DNA of 60,777 nt from an uncultured Oscillospiraceae bacterium (GTDB lineage: Bacteria; Bacillota; Clostridia; Oscillospirales; Oscillospiraceae), in the NCBI GenBank assembly GCA_964617595.1, contig CAZTYB010000001.1, positions 1 to 60,777 on the forward strand, written 5' to 3'. Below are positions 20,750 through 30,065 of the stretch, piece by piece. The position numbers and the translations under genes were made by a program. Position 1 is the stretch's first letter. Each line of letters begins with the position of its first letter. Under the pieces are notes generated by a model. It made no database searches. It was not told the origin of the DNA and saw nothing but the letters and a program-made list of their open reading frames with translations.

Positions 20750-21751
20750 TTGGAACCCATTGTTGAACTTCGGGGGCTGTCAAAAACCTTTGGCTCCGGC
20801 GAAGATCAGGTAGCCGCCGTGCAGCAGGTTTCCCTGGCGGTGCAGCCCGGTGAGATTTTCGGCATCATCGGCCTGTCCGGTGCGGGCAAGAGCACCCTGG
20901 TGCGGTGCATCAATCTGCTGGAGAAGCCGGATGCAGGGCAGGTGCTCTTCCATGGTCAGGACTTGATGACCATGACCGATAAGCAGCTGCGCCAGGTGCG
21001 GCGGAAAATTTCCATGATTTTCCAGAGCTTCAATCTGCTGGAGCAGCGCACTGCCCTGGACAATATCCGCTTCCCCCTGGAGCTCGCCGGGGTGAACAGA
21101 GCCGAGGCAAAGCGCCGAGCAATGGAGCTGCTGGAGATCGTCGGACTGCCGGACAAGGCGGGATCCTACCCGGTGCAACTCTCCGGCGGCCAGAAACAGC
21201 GCATTGCCATCGCCCGCGCGCTGGCCTCCGACCCGGAGGTGCTGCTGTGCGATGAGGCAACCTCTGCCCTGGATCCCCAGACCACCAATTCCATCCTGAA
21301 TCTGCTGCAAACCATCAGCCGGGAGCGGAAGATCACCGTCATCCTCATCACCCACCAGATGTCCGTCATTGAGCAGATCTGCAACCGGGTCGCCATCCTG
21401 GACAGTGGCAAAGTGGCGGAGATCGGGGAAGTGGAGCAGGTCTTCTCCAATCCCCAGTCCGCCGCCGGGCGGCGGCTGGTGAGCCCGGATGTGGCGCTGC
21501 CCCTGTCCACCTGGGTCGGGCCTGTTGCCCGCATTGCCTTTAACGGCAATATGTCCGAGGAGCCCATCATTGCCTCCGTTGCCATGGATCTGGGGATGAA
21601 GCTCAGCATCCTGGGTGCGGATACCCGCAATGTGGACGGCAAAGCCTTCGGCACCATGCTGGTCAGTTTGCCGGAGGAGCCGGAGAAGCAAAGAACCGTT
21701 CTGGATTATCTGAACCAATGGGACGGCGTGAATGCGGAGGTGATTCAGTAA
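20750..21751 (+). CDS. metN: Methionine ABC transporter ATP-binding protein
   Basis: GIIGLSGAGKST, LSGGQKQR, LLCDEATSALDP, C-terminal NIL domain. Confidence 0.93.
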   Translation: MEPIVELRGLSKTFGSGEDQVAAVQQVSLAVQPGEIFGIIGLSGAGKSTLVRCINLLEKPDAGQVLFHGQDLMTMTDKQLRQVRRKISMIFQSFNLLEQRTALDNIRFPLELAGVNRAEAKRRAMELLEIVGLPDKAGSYPVQLSGGQKQRIAIARALASDPEVLLCDEATSALDPQTTNSILNLLQTISRERKITVILITHQMSVIEQICNRVAILDSGKVAEIGEVEQVFSNPQSAAGRRLVSPDVALPLSTWVGPVARIAFNGNMSEEPIIASVAMDLGMKLSILGADTRNVDGKAFGTMLVSLPEEPEKQRTVLDYLNQWDGVNAEVIQ

Positions 21752-22461
21752 TGTTCGATTTGTTTTCTGATCCCGTAAAGGTTGCGAACCAGATGGAGAT
21801 CATCTCCAGCCAGTTCGGGTTCGCCATTTGGGAGACACTGTACGCACTGGTGCTGGAAGTGGTTTTCGCCTATGCCATTGGCCTCCCCATGGGCGTGCTG
21901 CTGGTGACCGGGGAGAGGGGGGGCATCAAACCCCTGCCGAAGCCCGTTATGACGGTAGCCAATGTGGTCATCAATCTGCTGCGCAGTGTGCCGTTCCTGA
22001 TCCTGATGATCATCTGCCTGCCCCTGTCCAAATTGATCGTGGGCACCAAGGTCGGCACCATCGCCACCATCCCCCCCATGGTCATTGCTGCATTCCCCCT
22101 GGTTGCCAGAATGGTGGAATCCTCATTGCGGGAGGTTGACCAGGGCGTTGTGGAGGCTGCCCAGTCCATGGGCGCATCCACCTGGCAGATCATTACGAAA
22201 GTCATGCTGCCGGAGGCGAAGCCCAGCCTGATTTCCGGCTGCACCATTACCATTGCCACCATCCTGGGCTACGGCGCCATGGCGGGCATCATCGGAGGCG
22301 GCGGCCTGGGTCAGATCGCCATCAATTATGGCTATTATAATTTTAAGTTCCTGGTCATGTGGGTTGCGGTGATCGCCCTGGTGGTTCTGGTGCAGGTGTT
22401 CCAGAGTTTGGGAACCTGGCTGGCCACCAAATGCGACAAGCGCCTGAGAAATCGCAAGTAA
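21751..22461 (+). CDS. metI: Methionine ABC transporter permease
   Basis: RSVPFLILMI, AMAGIIGGGGLG; TAATG overlap with metN. Confidence 0.93.
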   Translation: MFDLFSDPVKVANQMEIISSQFGFAIWETLYALVLEVVFAYAIGLPMGVLLVTGERGGIKPLPKPVMTVANVVINLLRSVPFLILMIICLPLSKLIVGTKVGTIATIPPMVIAAFPLVARMVESSLREVDQGVVEAAQSMGASTWQIITKVMLPEAKPSLISGCTITIATILGYGAMAGIIGGGGLGQIAINYGYYNFKFLVMWVAVIALVVLVQVFQSLGTWLATKCDKRLRNRK

Positions 22462-22560
22462 TGAGAAAATGGAATTTGCATCCCGACTTTGTCCGGACAT
22501 GGTTGGTTTCCAAATTCCTTTTCATAAAAAATTGTCTATTATTAAAAAGGAGTGTTCTTT

Positions 22561-23364
22561 ATGAAGAAAGTAGTTACCCTTTTGCTGTGCCTGGCGCTGG
22601 TTCTGACTCTGGCTGCCTGCGGCAAGAAAGATGACAAGGTCATTACCGTGGCCGCCTCCCCCACGCCTCATGCCGAAATCCTCCGTGCTGCCGCCAAGGT
22701 GCTGGAAAAGGACGGCTGGACACTGGACGTGAAAGAATACAGCGACTATGTGGTGCCCAACAATGTGGTGGAAGACGGCGAAATTGATGCCAACTACTTC
22801 CAGCATCAGCCCTACCTGGATACGTTCAATGCCGAGAACGGCACCCATCTGGTCACCGCTGCTGTGGTGCACTACGAGCCTTTCGGCGTTTACCCCGGCA
22901 CTAAGGATAGCTTCGATGCCCTGGAGGATGGCGACGTGATCGCAATTCCCAACGACGGCTCCAACCGTGCCCGTGCCCTGCTGCTGCTGGAAGCCCAGGG
23001 ACTGATCACCCTGAAAGAGGGGGTCGGCATGGAGGCAACCGTGCTGGATATCACCGCCAAGACGGTGGATGTGGACATCAAGGAGATGGAGGCTGCTCAG
23101 GTGCCCAAGGTGCGTGACAGCGTGGCTTTGGCTGTTATCAACGGCAACTATGCCCTGCAAAACGGCCTCAGCGCCAGCAAGGATGCCATCGCCGCCGAGG
23201 ACAACGACTCCGTCCCCGCTCAGACCTATGCAAATGTCCTGGTTGTGAAAGAGGGCAATGAAAACAGCGAGAAGACTCAGGCTCTGAAGAAAGCCCTGCT
23301 CAGCGATGACGTGCGCACCTACATTGAGGAAACCTACACCGGCGCAGTCGTCCCCCTGTTCTAA
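22561..23364 (+). CDS. metQ: Methionine ABC transporter lipoprotein (MetQ/NlpA)
   Basis: Lipobox LAAC; PHAEIL, DANYFQHQPYL, IPND..N..RAL.LL. Confidence 0.93.
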   Translation: MKKVVTLLLCLALVLTLAACGKKDDKVITVAASPTPHAEILRAAAKVLEKDGWTLDVKEYSDYVVPNNVVEDGEIDANYFQHQPYLDTFNAENGTHLVTAAVVHYEPFGVYPGTKDSFDALEDGDVIAIPNDGSNRARALLLLEAQGLITLKEGVGMEATVLDITAKTVDVDIKEMEAAQVPKVRDSVALAVINGNYALQNGLSASKDAIAAEDNDSVPAQTYANVLVVKEGNENSEKTQALKKALLSDDVRTYIEETYTGAVVPLF

Positions 23365-23380
23365 GACAATAAAATAGAAC

Positions 23381-23420
23381 ATCCGGCCTACGGTCAAAAC
23401 CGCAGGCCGGATAATTTCTT
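23381..23420. terminator. Hairpin terminator between metQ and a convergent gene
   Basis: ATCCGGCCTACGG..CCGCAGGCCGGAT. Confidence 0.6.
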
Positions 23421-24366
23421 ATTTCAGGATGACAAATTTGCTTTTCGCCGCATCCTGGCCAGCCTGGCGCAGGATGGAGAAAGTGCCGAGGCCTGCGAAG
23501 AACAGCCCCGCCAGAATATTCATCAGCACGCTTCTGCGTGCCTCTGCATCCTCCACCAGTACGGCATAGATCAGCAGCGGGATCTCGGAGACTTGCAGCG
23601 CCCCTGCCTGGCCGGACTGGATCAGCTCATAAACGCCCAGCCACTCCCCCAGGAAAGTTCCCAGCACCACACCGAAAATGATGGACAGGGTCAGAATGTA
23701 TACTTTTCCTTTGCCAAATCTACCCCGCAGCAGGCGGTAGCCCCGCTCTGCCAGGAAGCCGATGAGCAATCCCACTAAAGATGCGAGATAACCCATATTC
23801 AGCACAATGCCCCAAATCACAGCGCCCAGCGCTGCACCCAGCAGGGCACCCAACAGCCCCGTGGTGTAGCTGCCGTTATCCTCCTGGAGCCGGGCTTCGT
23901 GCTTTTGCTCCAGCTGGCGCTGCAATTGGGCGGCGCAGGGGCGATGGAAGAAATGGGCGGTACCGGCGATGCTGCACCATTGGCCGTCGGTGATGACTGT
24001 GCCGCATTGGGAGCAAATATTTGCCGGGCTTGCGCCGTTTTCCCGGAGCAGGGGCAGGAACCAGTCCAAGAATTCACGGATTTTCTTCATGGTTCCGGGG
24101 TTATCCAGGAAAGTTATGCCAATCACTTTCGCTTCCACGGAATAATTGCTCACCCGGAAATCCTTTTTAATGTCCCTGGTGGCCAGGGCATCCATGATGC
24201 CGGTGCGCCCAGCGGGGTCATCAAAATGGGTGGAGAATACGACTTGCTTGTATCCTGCACCCTCGGACATGGAGGCGGCGAAACCGCCCATGGAACCGTA
24301 GGCAATTCCCTTGTCCACGCTCATGCCATATTCTTTGGCCAATTTTTTCAATCCAGAAGCAACCAT
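23419..24366 (-). CDS. Hypothetical membrane protein with a CxxC...HxxC motif
   Basis: Soluble N-terminus with CSQC and HRPC; about 4 C-terminal TM helices; RBS AGAGG. Confidence 0.7.
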   Translation of the reverse strand: MVASGLKKLAKEYGMSVDKGIAYGSMGGFAASMSEGAGYKQVVFSTHFDDPAGRTGIMDALATRDIKKDFRVSNYSVEAKVIGITFLDNPGTMKKIREFLDWFLPLLRENGASPANICSQCGTVITDGQWCSIAGTAHFFHRPCAAQLQRQLEQKHEARLQEDNGSYTTGLLGALLGAALGAVIWGIVLNMGYLASLVGLLIGFLAERGYRLLRGRFGKGKVYILTLSIIFGVVLGTFLGEWLGVYELIQSGQAGALQVSEIPLLIYAVLVEDAEARRSVLMNILAGLFFAGLGTFSILRQAGQDAAKSKFVILK

Positions 24367-24433
24367 AGATATTTCCTCTCTGTTTAGAATGGAGCCAGTA
24401 TATCACAGTTTCCGACAGATGGGAAGCGAAAAA

Positions 24434-25228
24434 TTATTCTGCGCTGAACAAAATCCGGTCGTTGTCCACGCCCTGCTGCCGGAATTCCCGGAGAAGCTCT
24501 TCTGTGGTGATATTCTTTCGCTTCTCCCCAGCCAGCTCCATAACGATCCGGCCATCTTTCATCATGATGGTACGGTTGCCCAGCTGCAATGCGGACTGGA
24601 CATTGTGGGTGATCATCAGGCAGGTGATGCCGTTCTCGGCAACGATCTTATTCGTCAGTTCCAGCACCTTTTCTGCCGTGGCCGGGTCAAGGGCGGCGGT
24701 GTGCTCATCCAGCAGCAGCAGCTTCGGGGTGACGAGAGTCGCCATCAGCAGGGTCAGCGCCTGCCGCTGGCCGCCGGACAGCAGCCCGACCACCGTATCC
24801 ATCCGGTCTTCCAGCCCCAGATTCAGTTCCGCCAGCCGATCCCGGAATTCCCGCCGCTCCCCACCGGAAACCATGGAGAAAGGAGACCGGGCATTGGAGG
24901 CTCGGAGGTAACATAACGCAAGATTCTCTTCGATGGTCATGTTGGGGGCGGTGCCTTTCATGGGATCCTGGAACATTCTGCCGATGAATTTGCTACGCTT
25001 GTAGTCCGGCATTTTTGTCACATCCCGCCCGTCCAGGACGATGGAGCCGGAATCCACTTGGAAAGTACCGGCGATGGCGTTGAACATGGTGGATTTGCCC
25101 GCACCGTTGGAACCGAGGACGGTTACGAAATCGCCGGGGGCGAGGTGGAGGCTAAGATTGTTCAGCGCCCGCTTCTCGTTGACGGTGCCCGGGGCGAAGG
25201 TTTTGGAAATATTCTCGATTTTCAGCAT
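24434..25228 (-). CDS. ABC transporter ATP-binding protein (TrpXYZ-type)
   Basis: GSNGAGKST, LSGGQRQ, LLDEHTAALDP. Confidence 0.9.
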   Translation of the reverse strand: MLKIENISKTFAPGTVNEKRALNNLSLHLAPGDFVTVLGSNGAGKSTMFNAIAGTFQVDSGSIVLDGRDVTKMPDYKRSKFIGRMFQDPMKGTAPNMTIEENLALCYLRASNARSPFSMVSGGERREFRDRLAELNLGLEDRMDTVVGLLSGGQRQALTLLMATLVTPKLLLLDEHTAALDPATAEKVLELTNKIVAENGITCLMITHNVQSALQLGNRTIMMKDGRIVMELAGEKRKNITTEELLREFRQQGVDNDRILFSAE

Positions 25229-26100
25229 TTTGCTTTTCCTCCCTTGGCCTGCTTCATGGCGGGCAGCCCGATGGCCAGCGCCACGATCACGGCGGAGATC
25301 AGTTTCAGACATTCACTGGGCAGATCCAGCCGCAGCGCCAGGGCGATGATGAACCGGTACACCATGGAGCCGATGACGGCGCCCGCCGCCTTGAGCCAGA
25401 GTTTTCCCTTGGGCAGCACCGCTTCGCCGATGATCAGACTGGCCAGACCGATAATGACCATGCCGCCGCCCAGGTTGATGTCGGCGGTTTTCTGGTACTG
25501 CGCCAGCAGCGCACCGGACAGGGCGGTGCAGGCATTGGCGATGCACAGCCCAACGGTAATGGTGAAAGAGGTATTGATGGAACTGGCACGAACCATATCC
25601 GGATTGTCACCCGTTGCCCGAATGGACAGTCCCAGTCGGGTTTTCAGGAACAGAACCATCAGCGCCACCGCCCCAACGGCGATCAGTGCGGAGGGAACAA
25701 GACGGTAATAAGTTCCCAAAAACGGCTTCAACAGGGTAAAAAGCGTATCTTTCTTCAGCAGATTCACATTGGAGGAGAAGCCCATCACTGCCAGATTCAC
25801 GGTATATAGCCCCGTATCCGTGATGATACCGGCCAGGATGGAGGGGATGCGGAACCGGGTCTGGAGCAGGGCGGTGATGAATCCGGCGGCGGCTCCCGCC
25901 AGCATGGCGGCGGGCAGCGCCAGCAGCGGATGCCCAGCCAGCGCCACGGTTGCGGATACGGCGCACCCCAGGGTGAATGTACCGTTGGTGGTCATGTCCG
26001 CAATATTCAGAATGCGGAAACTCAGGAACAGCGCCAGCGCCACCAGGGAATAGATGCACCCCAGCTCCAGCGCATTGAGAATCACGGTGAATGAAATCAT
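25222..26100 (-). CDS. ABC transporter permease (TrpXYZ-type)
   Basis: GLSIRATGDN, GMVIIGLASLIIGE. Confidence 0.9.
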   Translation of the reverse strand: MISFTVILNALELGCIYSLVALALFLSFRILNIADMTTNGTFTLGCAVSATVALAGHPLLALPAAMLAGAAAGFITALLQTRFRIPSILAGIITDTGLYTVNLAVMGFSSNVNLLKKDTLFTLLKPFLGTYYRLVPSALIAVGAVALMVLFLKTRLGLSIRATGDNPDMVRASSINTSFTITVGLCIANACTALSGALLAQYQKTADINLGGGMVIIGLASLIIGEAVLPKGKLWLKAAGAVIGSMVYRFIIALALRLDLPSECLKLISAVIVALAIGLPAMKQAKGGKAKC

Positions 26101-26111
26101 AATTGTTTCTC

Positions 26112-27083
26112 CTATTCCTCACTGGTTGTAACTTCCACGATGGTATTGGCCATATCGGCGAACACGGCGCAGTCCAGCGCCAATCTTTCGGCGGTTTCGG
26201 TATTAACGGTGATGATTCCACCGTCCATTACCCGGAACTCCGGAATTTCGCCCCCCAGCAGGATATCCAGCGCCATCTCCGCCGTGGCGGCACCCAGCTC
26301 CGTATAGTTCACGCCGCAGGTTGCGAAAGCACCGGCGGTAACGAAAGAATCCGCCCCGGTATAGTGGGGGACACCCGCTTCGTTCAGGATCTCCGCAACG
26401 GCACTCTCCGCCGACATGACCACATTGTCCGTGGGGGTGAATACGGCATCGCACCGCTGCGCCAGCTCCGATGCGGCGGAGAGAACTTCGTCCACGGTAT
26501 TGCCGGTCTTTTCGATGTATTTGATGCCCTTTTCTTCCAGGTATTCTTTCGCCTGGGCGATGGGGGTTTCGGAATTGACTTCGCTGCGGGAGTACAGCAG
26601 TCCCACGGTTTTGACCTGAGGATCAATTGCGAACATCATATCCAGGATGAACGGGGTATTCAGCGCATCGGAGGTGCCGGTGACATTGCTTAAGCCCACG
26701 AGCCCCGCACTTTCCGGGTCGGAGATGGCGGCGTAAACAACGGGGATATCGGTATCCTCCGTGGCGGTGGTCATGCACAGGGCGGCCAGGGTACCGATGG
26801 GGATGAGGGCATCGTAGCCGTCGGATACTACCTTTGCGCCGATCTGGTTGAGCATGGAAGTGTCGTTCTGGCCGTTGAAAGTCTTCACTTCCATTTGGAT
26901 GCGCAGCTCCTGCGCCAGAGCCAGGAGCTGCGCTTCACAGGCGGTGCGAATTTCGTCCAGGGAGGGGTGATCCAGCTGCTGGATAATGGCCACACGGAAA
27001 GCAGTCTTTTCTGCGCAGGCGGAGAGGGTGAAAACGGACAGCGCCATTACCATGGCAAGGATCAAAGAAATAAGCTTTTTCAT
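26112..27083 (-). CDS. Aromatic amino acid (probably Trp) ABC transporter substrate-binding protein
   Basis: Lipobox LSAC; HPSLD, NVTGTSD, PTDN; Trp T-box upstream. Confidence 0.85.
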   Translation of the reverse strand: MKKLISLILAMVMALSVFTLSACAEKTAFRVAIIQQLDHPSLDEIRTACEAQLLALAQELRIQMEVKTFNGQNDTSMLNQIGAKVVSDGYDALIPIGTLAALCMTTATEDTDIPVVYAAISDPESAGLVGLSNVTGTSDALNTPFILDMMFAIDPQVKTVGLLYSRSEVNSETPIAQAKEYLEEKGIKYIEKTGNTVDEVLSAASELAQRCDAVFTPTDNVVMSAESAVAEILNEAGVPHYTGADSFVTAGAFATCGVNYTELGAATAEMALDILLGGEIPEFRVMDGGIITVNTETAERLALDCAVFADMANTIVEVTTSEE

Positions 27084-27184
27084 ATAGATTTCTCCTTTAT
27101 ATCGTCATTTTGAAAGTGGATGGGTGTTCTATTCAATTTCGCCATCGTCTGCCCGGTGAATGCATCATGTTTCCTCCTTGAATG

Positions 27185-27455
27185 CAAAAAGTCCTTGTTT
27201 CCCCAAAGAAATGGAGAAACAAGGACGAAAATCACTTCCGCGGTGCCACCTTGTATGCCGCCGGAGCGGCCACCTCATGCGAATGCCAACACATCCGCTG
27301 CCCATTAACGCCGGCAAAACGTCAGAAGATACTAAAGCTCTCGCTCGTTCCCTCTGCCCTCGGCGGCCCATTTTCCGGTTCGCTTATCGCCCCGCTCTCA
27401 GCCATGGGGGCTCTCTGTGGATGCGCTTCCGGCTTTACTTCCGCCTCATCGGTTT
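27185..27455 (-). ncRNA. T-box riboswitch, probable Trp specifier
   Basis: Minus strand: AGTA, AGAGAG, GGCTGAGA; specifier GAAAA-TGG-G-CCGCC; T-box ACAAGGTGGCACCGCG; terminator GTCCTTGTTTC..GAAACAAGGAC-TTTTT; promoter TTGACA-17-TAAAGT just upstream. Confidence 0.9.
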
Positions 27456-27556
27456 GTAATATTGAATTAACTTTACACCAGTGGCGGACATTTGTCAAGT
27501 GTTTTCTGTTTCTGATTTTCATTTTGAAATAAATTTGCAGATTATGCGGGGAAAAA

Positions 27557-28129
27557 TCAGCGTCTGCTCCTGCGTGCATAGCCGAAACCGTTGTCGGGGG
27601 TATCAAATTGGGCGAATTGCTCCGTGCTGTCCATGACCCCTCCATTCCGGGGCGGAACCGCTGCGGGGGCAGTTCTGCATATCTGCATTGCCCGTTCTTT
27701 TACTCGTTCAGCCAAAGGAAGCGCATCTTCGAAGTAAAAGAGTTCATCTACCGGTGCGGAAAGGATCCAATCTACGGGTTTGCTCAATATATTTTCGGAA
27801 ACCTCTCTTTGCGTACAAATACGGACGGAATGTTTCTGCTGCAAATCATAAACGGTGAAAATCAGTTTCCCGGTTTTGTAAAAAAGAAGCCGCTTTCTCC
27901 CTCTTGTGCAATGCAGACCAATTTGCAATGCATCCACACAGCACCCGTCATGTTCCGATACGCATATAAGTTCCCGTTCAGCGGGGGCTGTAATGGCAAG
28001 CGCTGTTAATGCTGTATCGCATACCCGCACGCCCAGCGCCAGCATTGGGCAGCCGTTTCCGTGAAAAGCCAGTGCATCGCACCAAATACGTTCAATTCGG
28101 TTGGAGCTTCCTTTGCTTTTAAAGAACAT
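27557..28129 (-). CDS. FmdE-family protein
   Basis: FHGNGCPMLALG (canonical HGHxCP), CxxDALQ..CT.G; 12 nt after the hydrogenase stop. Confidence 0.75.
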   Translation of the reverse strand: MFFKSKGSSNRIERIWCDALAFHGNGCPMLALGVRVCDTALTALAITAPAERELICVSEHDGCCVDALQIGLHCTRGRKRLLFYKTGKLIFTVYDLQQKHSVRICTQREVSENILSKPVDWILSAPVDELFYFEDALPLAERVKERAMQICRTAPAAVPPRNGGVMDSTEQFAQFDTPDNGFGYARRSRR

Positions 28130-28141
28130 CCGGGAACCTCC

Positions 28142-29647
28142 TTATTCCAGCTTTGCAGCGTAGTCCCGGTAGGGGCTGTCCGTTGGGGTGGAGGATGCGG
28201 CCTCCTGCTGGTATTTCTGGATGATTTTTTTCGCCTGCTCAACGCTCAGGATGGTACCGGCTCCGGCAATGCAGCCACCGGGACAGGCCATCCCCTCTAA
28301 GAGGTAGCCGTTGTATTTTCCTGCCTTGGCCAGCGCCATCAGCTTGCGGCAATCCCGCAGCCCCTCGGCACGGGCGGTTTTTATTTCCGTTTCGGGATGC
28401 TCCTGCTTTACCAGATCCGTAACTGCCTGGGCAACTCCACCGGCAACGGCGAACCCACGGCCTGCACCGGTTCCGAGCGTGAGGGAATCCTGATCGACCA
28501 GTGTATCAAAGTCGATCTCCTTGGCTTCGAACATTCCCTGCAATTCCTCAAAAGTGAGTACAAAGTCAACATCGGAGCGAATGTCGGAGCGGATGGCCTC
28601 CAACTTTTTGGCTGCGCACGGACCAACGAAGACAACCTTGCAGTCTGGGTCTTCTTTCTTCATCATCCGTGCCGTAAAGACCATGGGGGTCAGGGTCATG
28701 GAGATTTTCTTCATTTCGCCGGGGTATAGTTTCTCGATCATGCTGTGCCATGCGGGGCAGCAGGAAGTGGCCATATAATTCTGCTGCTGGGGAACTTTTT
28801 CAAGGAAGTCCTTCGCCTCTTCAATGGTGCAAAGATCGGCGCCGATGGCAACTTCCGTAACGCTATGGAATCCGAGCATCTTCATGGCGGTGACGAATTT
28901 GCCGGGGGAGAGCTTGCCGCTAAACTGGCCGATGAAGGCGGGGGCAACAATGGCAATCACCCGATCTCCCCGCAGGATGGACTGGATGACCTGGAAGATC
29001 TGCCCCTTGTCCACGATGGCACCGAAGGGACACGAAACAAGGCATTGACCACAGGCAACACATTTGTCCTGATTGATCACAGCTCGCCCATGTTCGTCGG
29101 AGATGATCGCATCCATGCCGCAGGCTGCCTGGCAGGGGCGCTCCAGGTGGATGATAGCGTGGTACGGGCAGGCGGCGGCGCATTTTCCGCATTTGATGCA
29201 TTTGTCTGGGTTGATATGGCTCTTGCCGTTGATGAAGCTGATTGCCCCCCTGGGGCAGACTTTCTGACAGGATGCGGCCAGACAATTCTGGCAGCTTTCG
29301 GTGACTCGGTACTGGTTCTGTGGGCAAGCATGACAGGCATAGGGGATGATATTGATGAGCGGCGGCTCATAGTACTGCTCAGCAACGGCAGCGGCATTCA
29401 TGCCGTCGGTCATGAGAGAACGGGTCTGGACGGGGCGGATGCCCAGCCCCATTGCCAGCCGAACCCGTTCACCTGCAATGGCTCGTTCCAGAAAGATGGA
29501 TTCCCGGTGCAGTGGCTGATCTCCGGGAACGATTTTGAATGGGAGTTCCTCTGCACCCTCGTAGCCGTTACCTGCATAGGCAAGTCTGGCCACTTCTGTG
29601 AATACCTTTTTACGGATGTCTGTGATCAAAGACGGGATACCTCGCAT
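28142..29647 (-). CDS. Monomeric [FeFe]-hydrogenase (group B-like) with ferredoxin-type 4Fe-4S domains
   Basis: H-cluster motifs TSCCPAW, GPCAAKKLE, EGMACPGGCIAG; several CxxCxxCxxxCP motifs. Confidence 0.92.
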   Translation of the reverse strand: MRGIPSLITDIRKKVFTEVARLAYAGNGYEGAEELPFKIVPGDQPLHRESIFLERAIAGERVRLAMGLGIRPVQTRSLMTDGMNAAAVAEQYYEPPLINIIPYACHACPQNQYRVTESCQNCLAASCQKVCPRGAISFINGKSHINPDKCIKCGKCAAACPYHAIIHLERPCQAACGMDAIISDEHGRAVINQDKCVACGQCLVSCPFGAIVDKGQIFQVIQSILRGDRVIAIVAPAFIGQFSGKLSPGKFVTAMKMLGFHSVTEVAIGADLCTIEEAKDFLEKVPQQQNYMATSCCPAWHSMIEKLYPGEMKKISMTLTPMVFTARMMKKEDPDCKVVFVGPCAAKKLEAIRSDIRSDVDFVLTFEELQGMFEAKEIDFDTLVDQDSLTLGTGAGRGFAVAGGVAQAVTDLVKQEHPETEIKTARAEGLRDCRKLMALAKAGKYNGYLLEGMACPGGCIAGAGTILSVEQAKKIIQKYQQEAASSTPTDSPYRDYAAKLE

Positions 29648-29734
29648 AGTTAGAATTCCTCCTTATGTTACCTTTACGATTTACGGTGACCTGTCCCAAT
29701 ATTGGTATATCGGCCAGCGAAATACAGCTATTCC

Positions 29735-29769
29735 AAAAAAATCGCAGCAGTCAAAAATGACTGCTGCGA
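29735..29769 (-). terminator. Leader (attenuator) terminator of the riboswitch
   Basis: TCGCAGCAGTCA-TTTT-TGACTGCTGCGA-TTTTTTT on the minus strand. Confidence 0.85.
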
Positions 29770-29820
29770 CCGTTTTTACGCAACACAACAAAGCAGGCGT
29801 ATTCCCCCTGCTTTGAAATA

Positions 29821-30006
29821 TCCTTGTAGTTCTTCTGACTCGTATCTCAAGCGATATCCGCCCCTGCCTTCTCAGGTTCCCCCAATGACCGGCTTCCACC
29901 GACGGAACGGATTTCTCGATACTTACAGCACCGTTGCGTGCGGGGCTTTTCACCCCATTCCCTTTTTAATCTCCACAGCCGACCTGCGCACCGTGGAGCC
30001 ACAAGA
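29821..30006 (-). ncRNA. Cobalamin (AdoCbl-type) riboswitch aptamer
   Basis: P1 CTTGTGG/CTACAAG; AAAAGGGAATGGGGTGAAAAGCCCC; GCTGTAA; CATTGGG..CTGAGAAGGC; B12-box-like GAGTCAGAAGAACT. Confidence 0.82.
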
Positions 30007-30024
30007 AATTATGAATTTTAGAAA

Positions 30025-30053
30025 ATTGTAGCATCAAAAGCGAAGAAAGTCAA
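30025..30053 (-). promoter_or_regulatory. sigma70 promoter of the riboswitch/hydrogenase transcript
   Basis: TTGACT-17-TACAAT with extended -10 TG. Confidence 0.8.
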
Positions 30054-30065
30054 CTCCGCAATGGG

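Noticed and set aside
27366..27373. Met (ATG) reading of the second T-box specifier
   Set aside because: Register relative to the closing stem (codon + 1 nt + CCGCC, as in the Met T-box) gives TGG, and the transporter family fits Trp.
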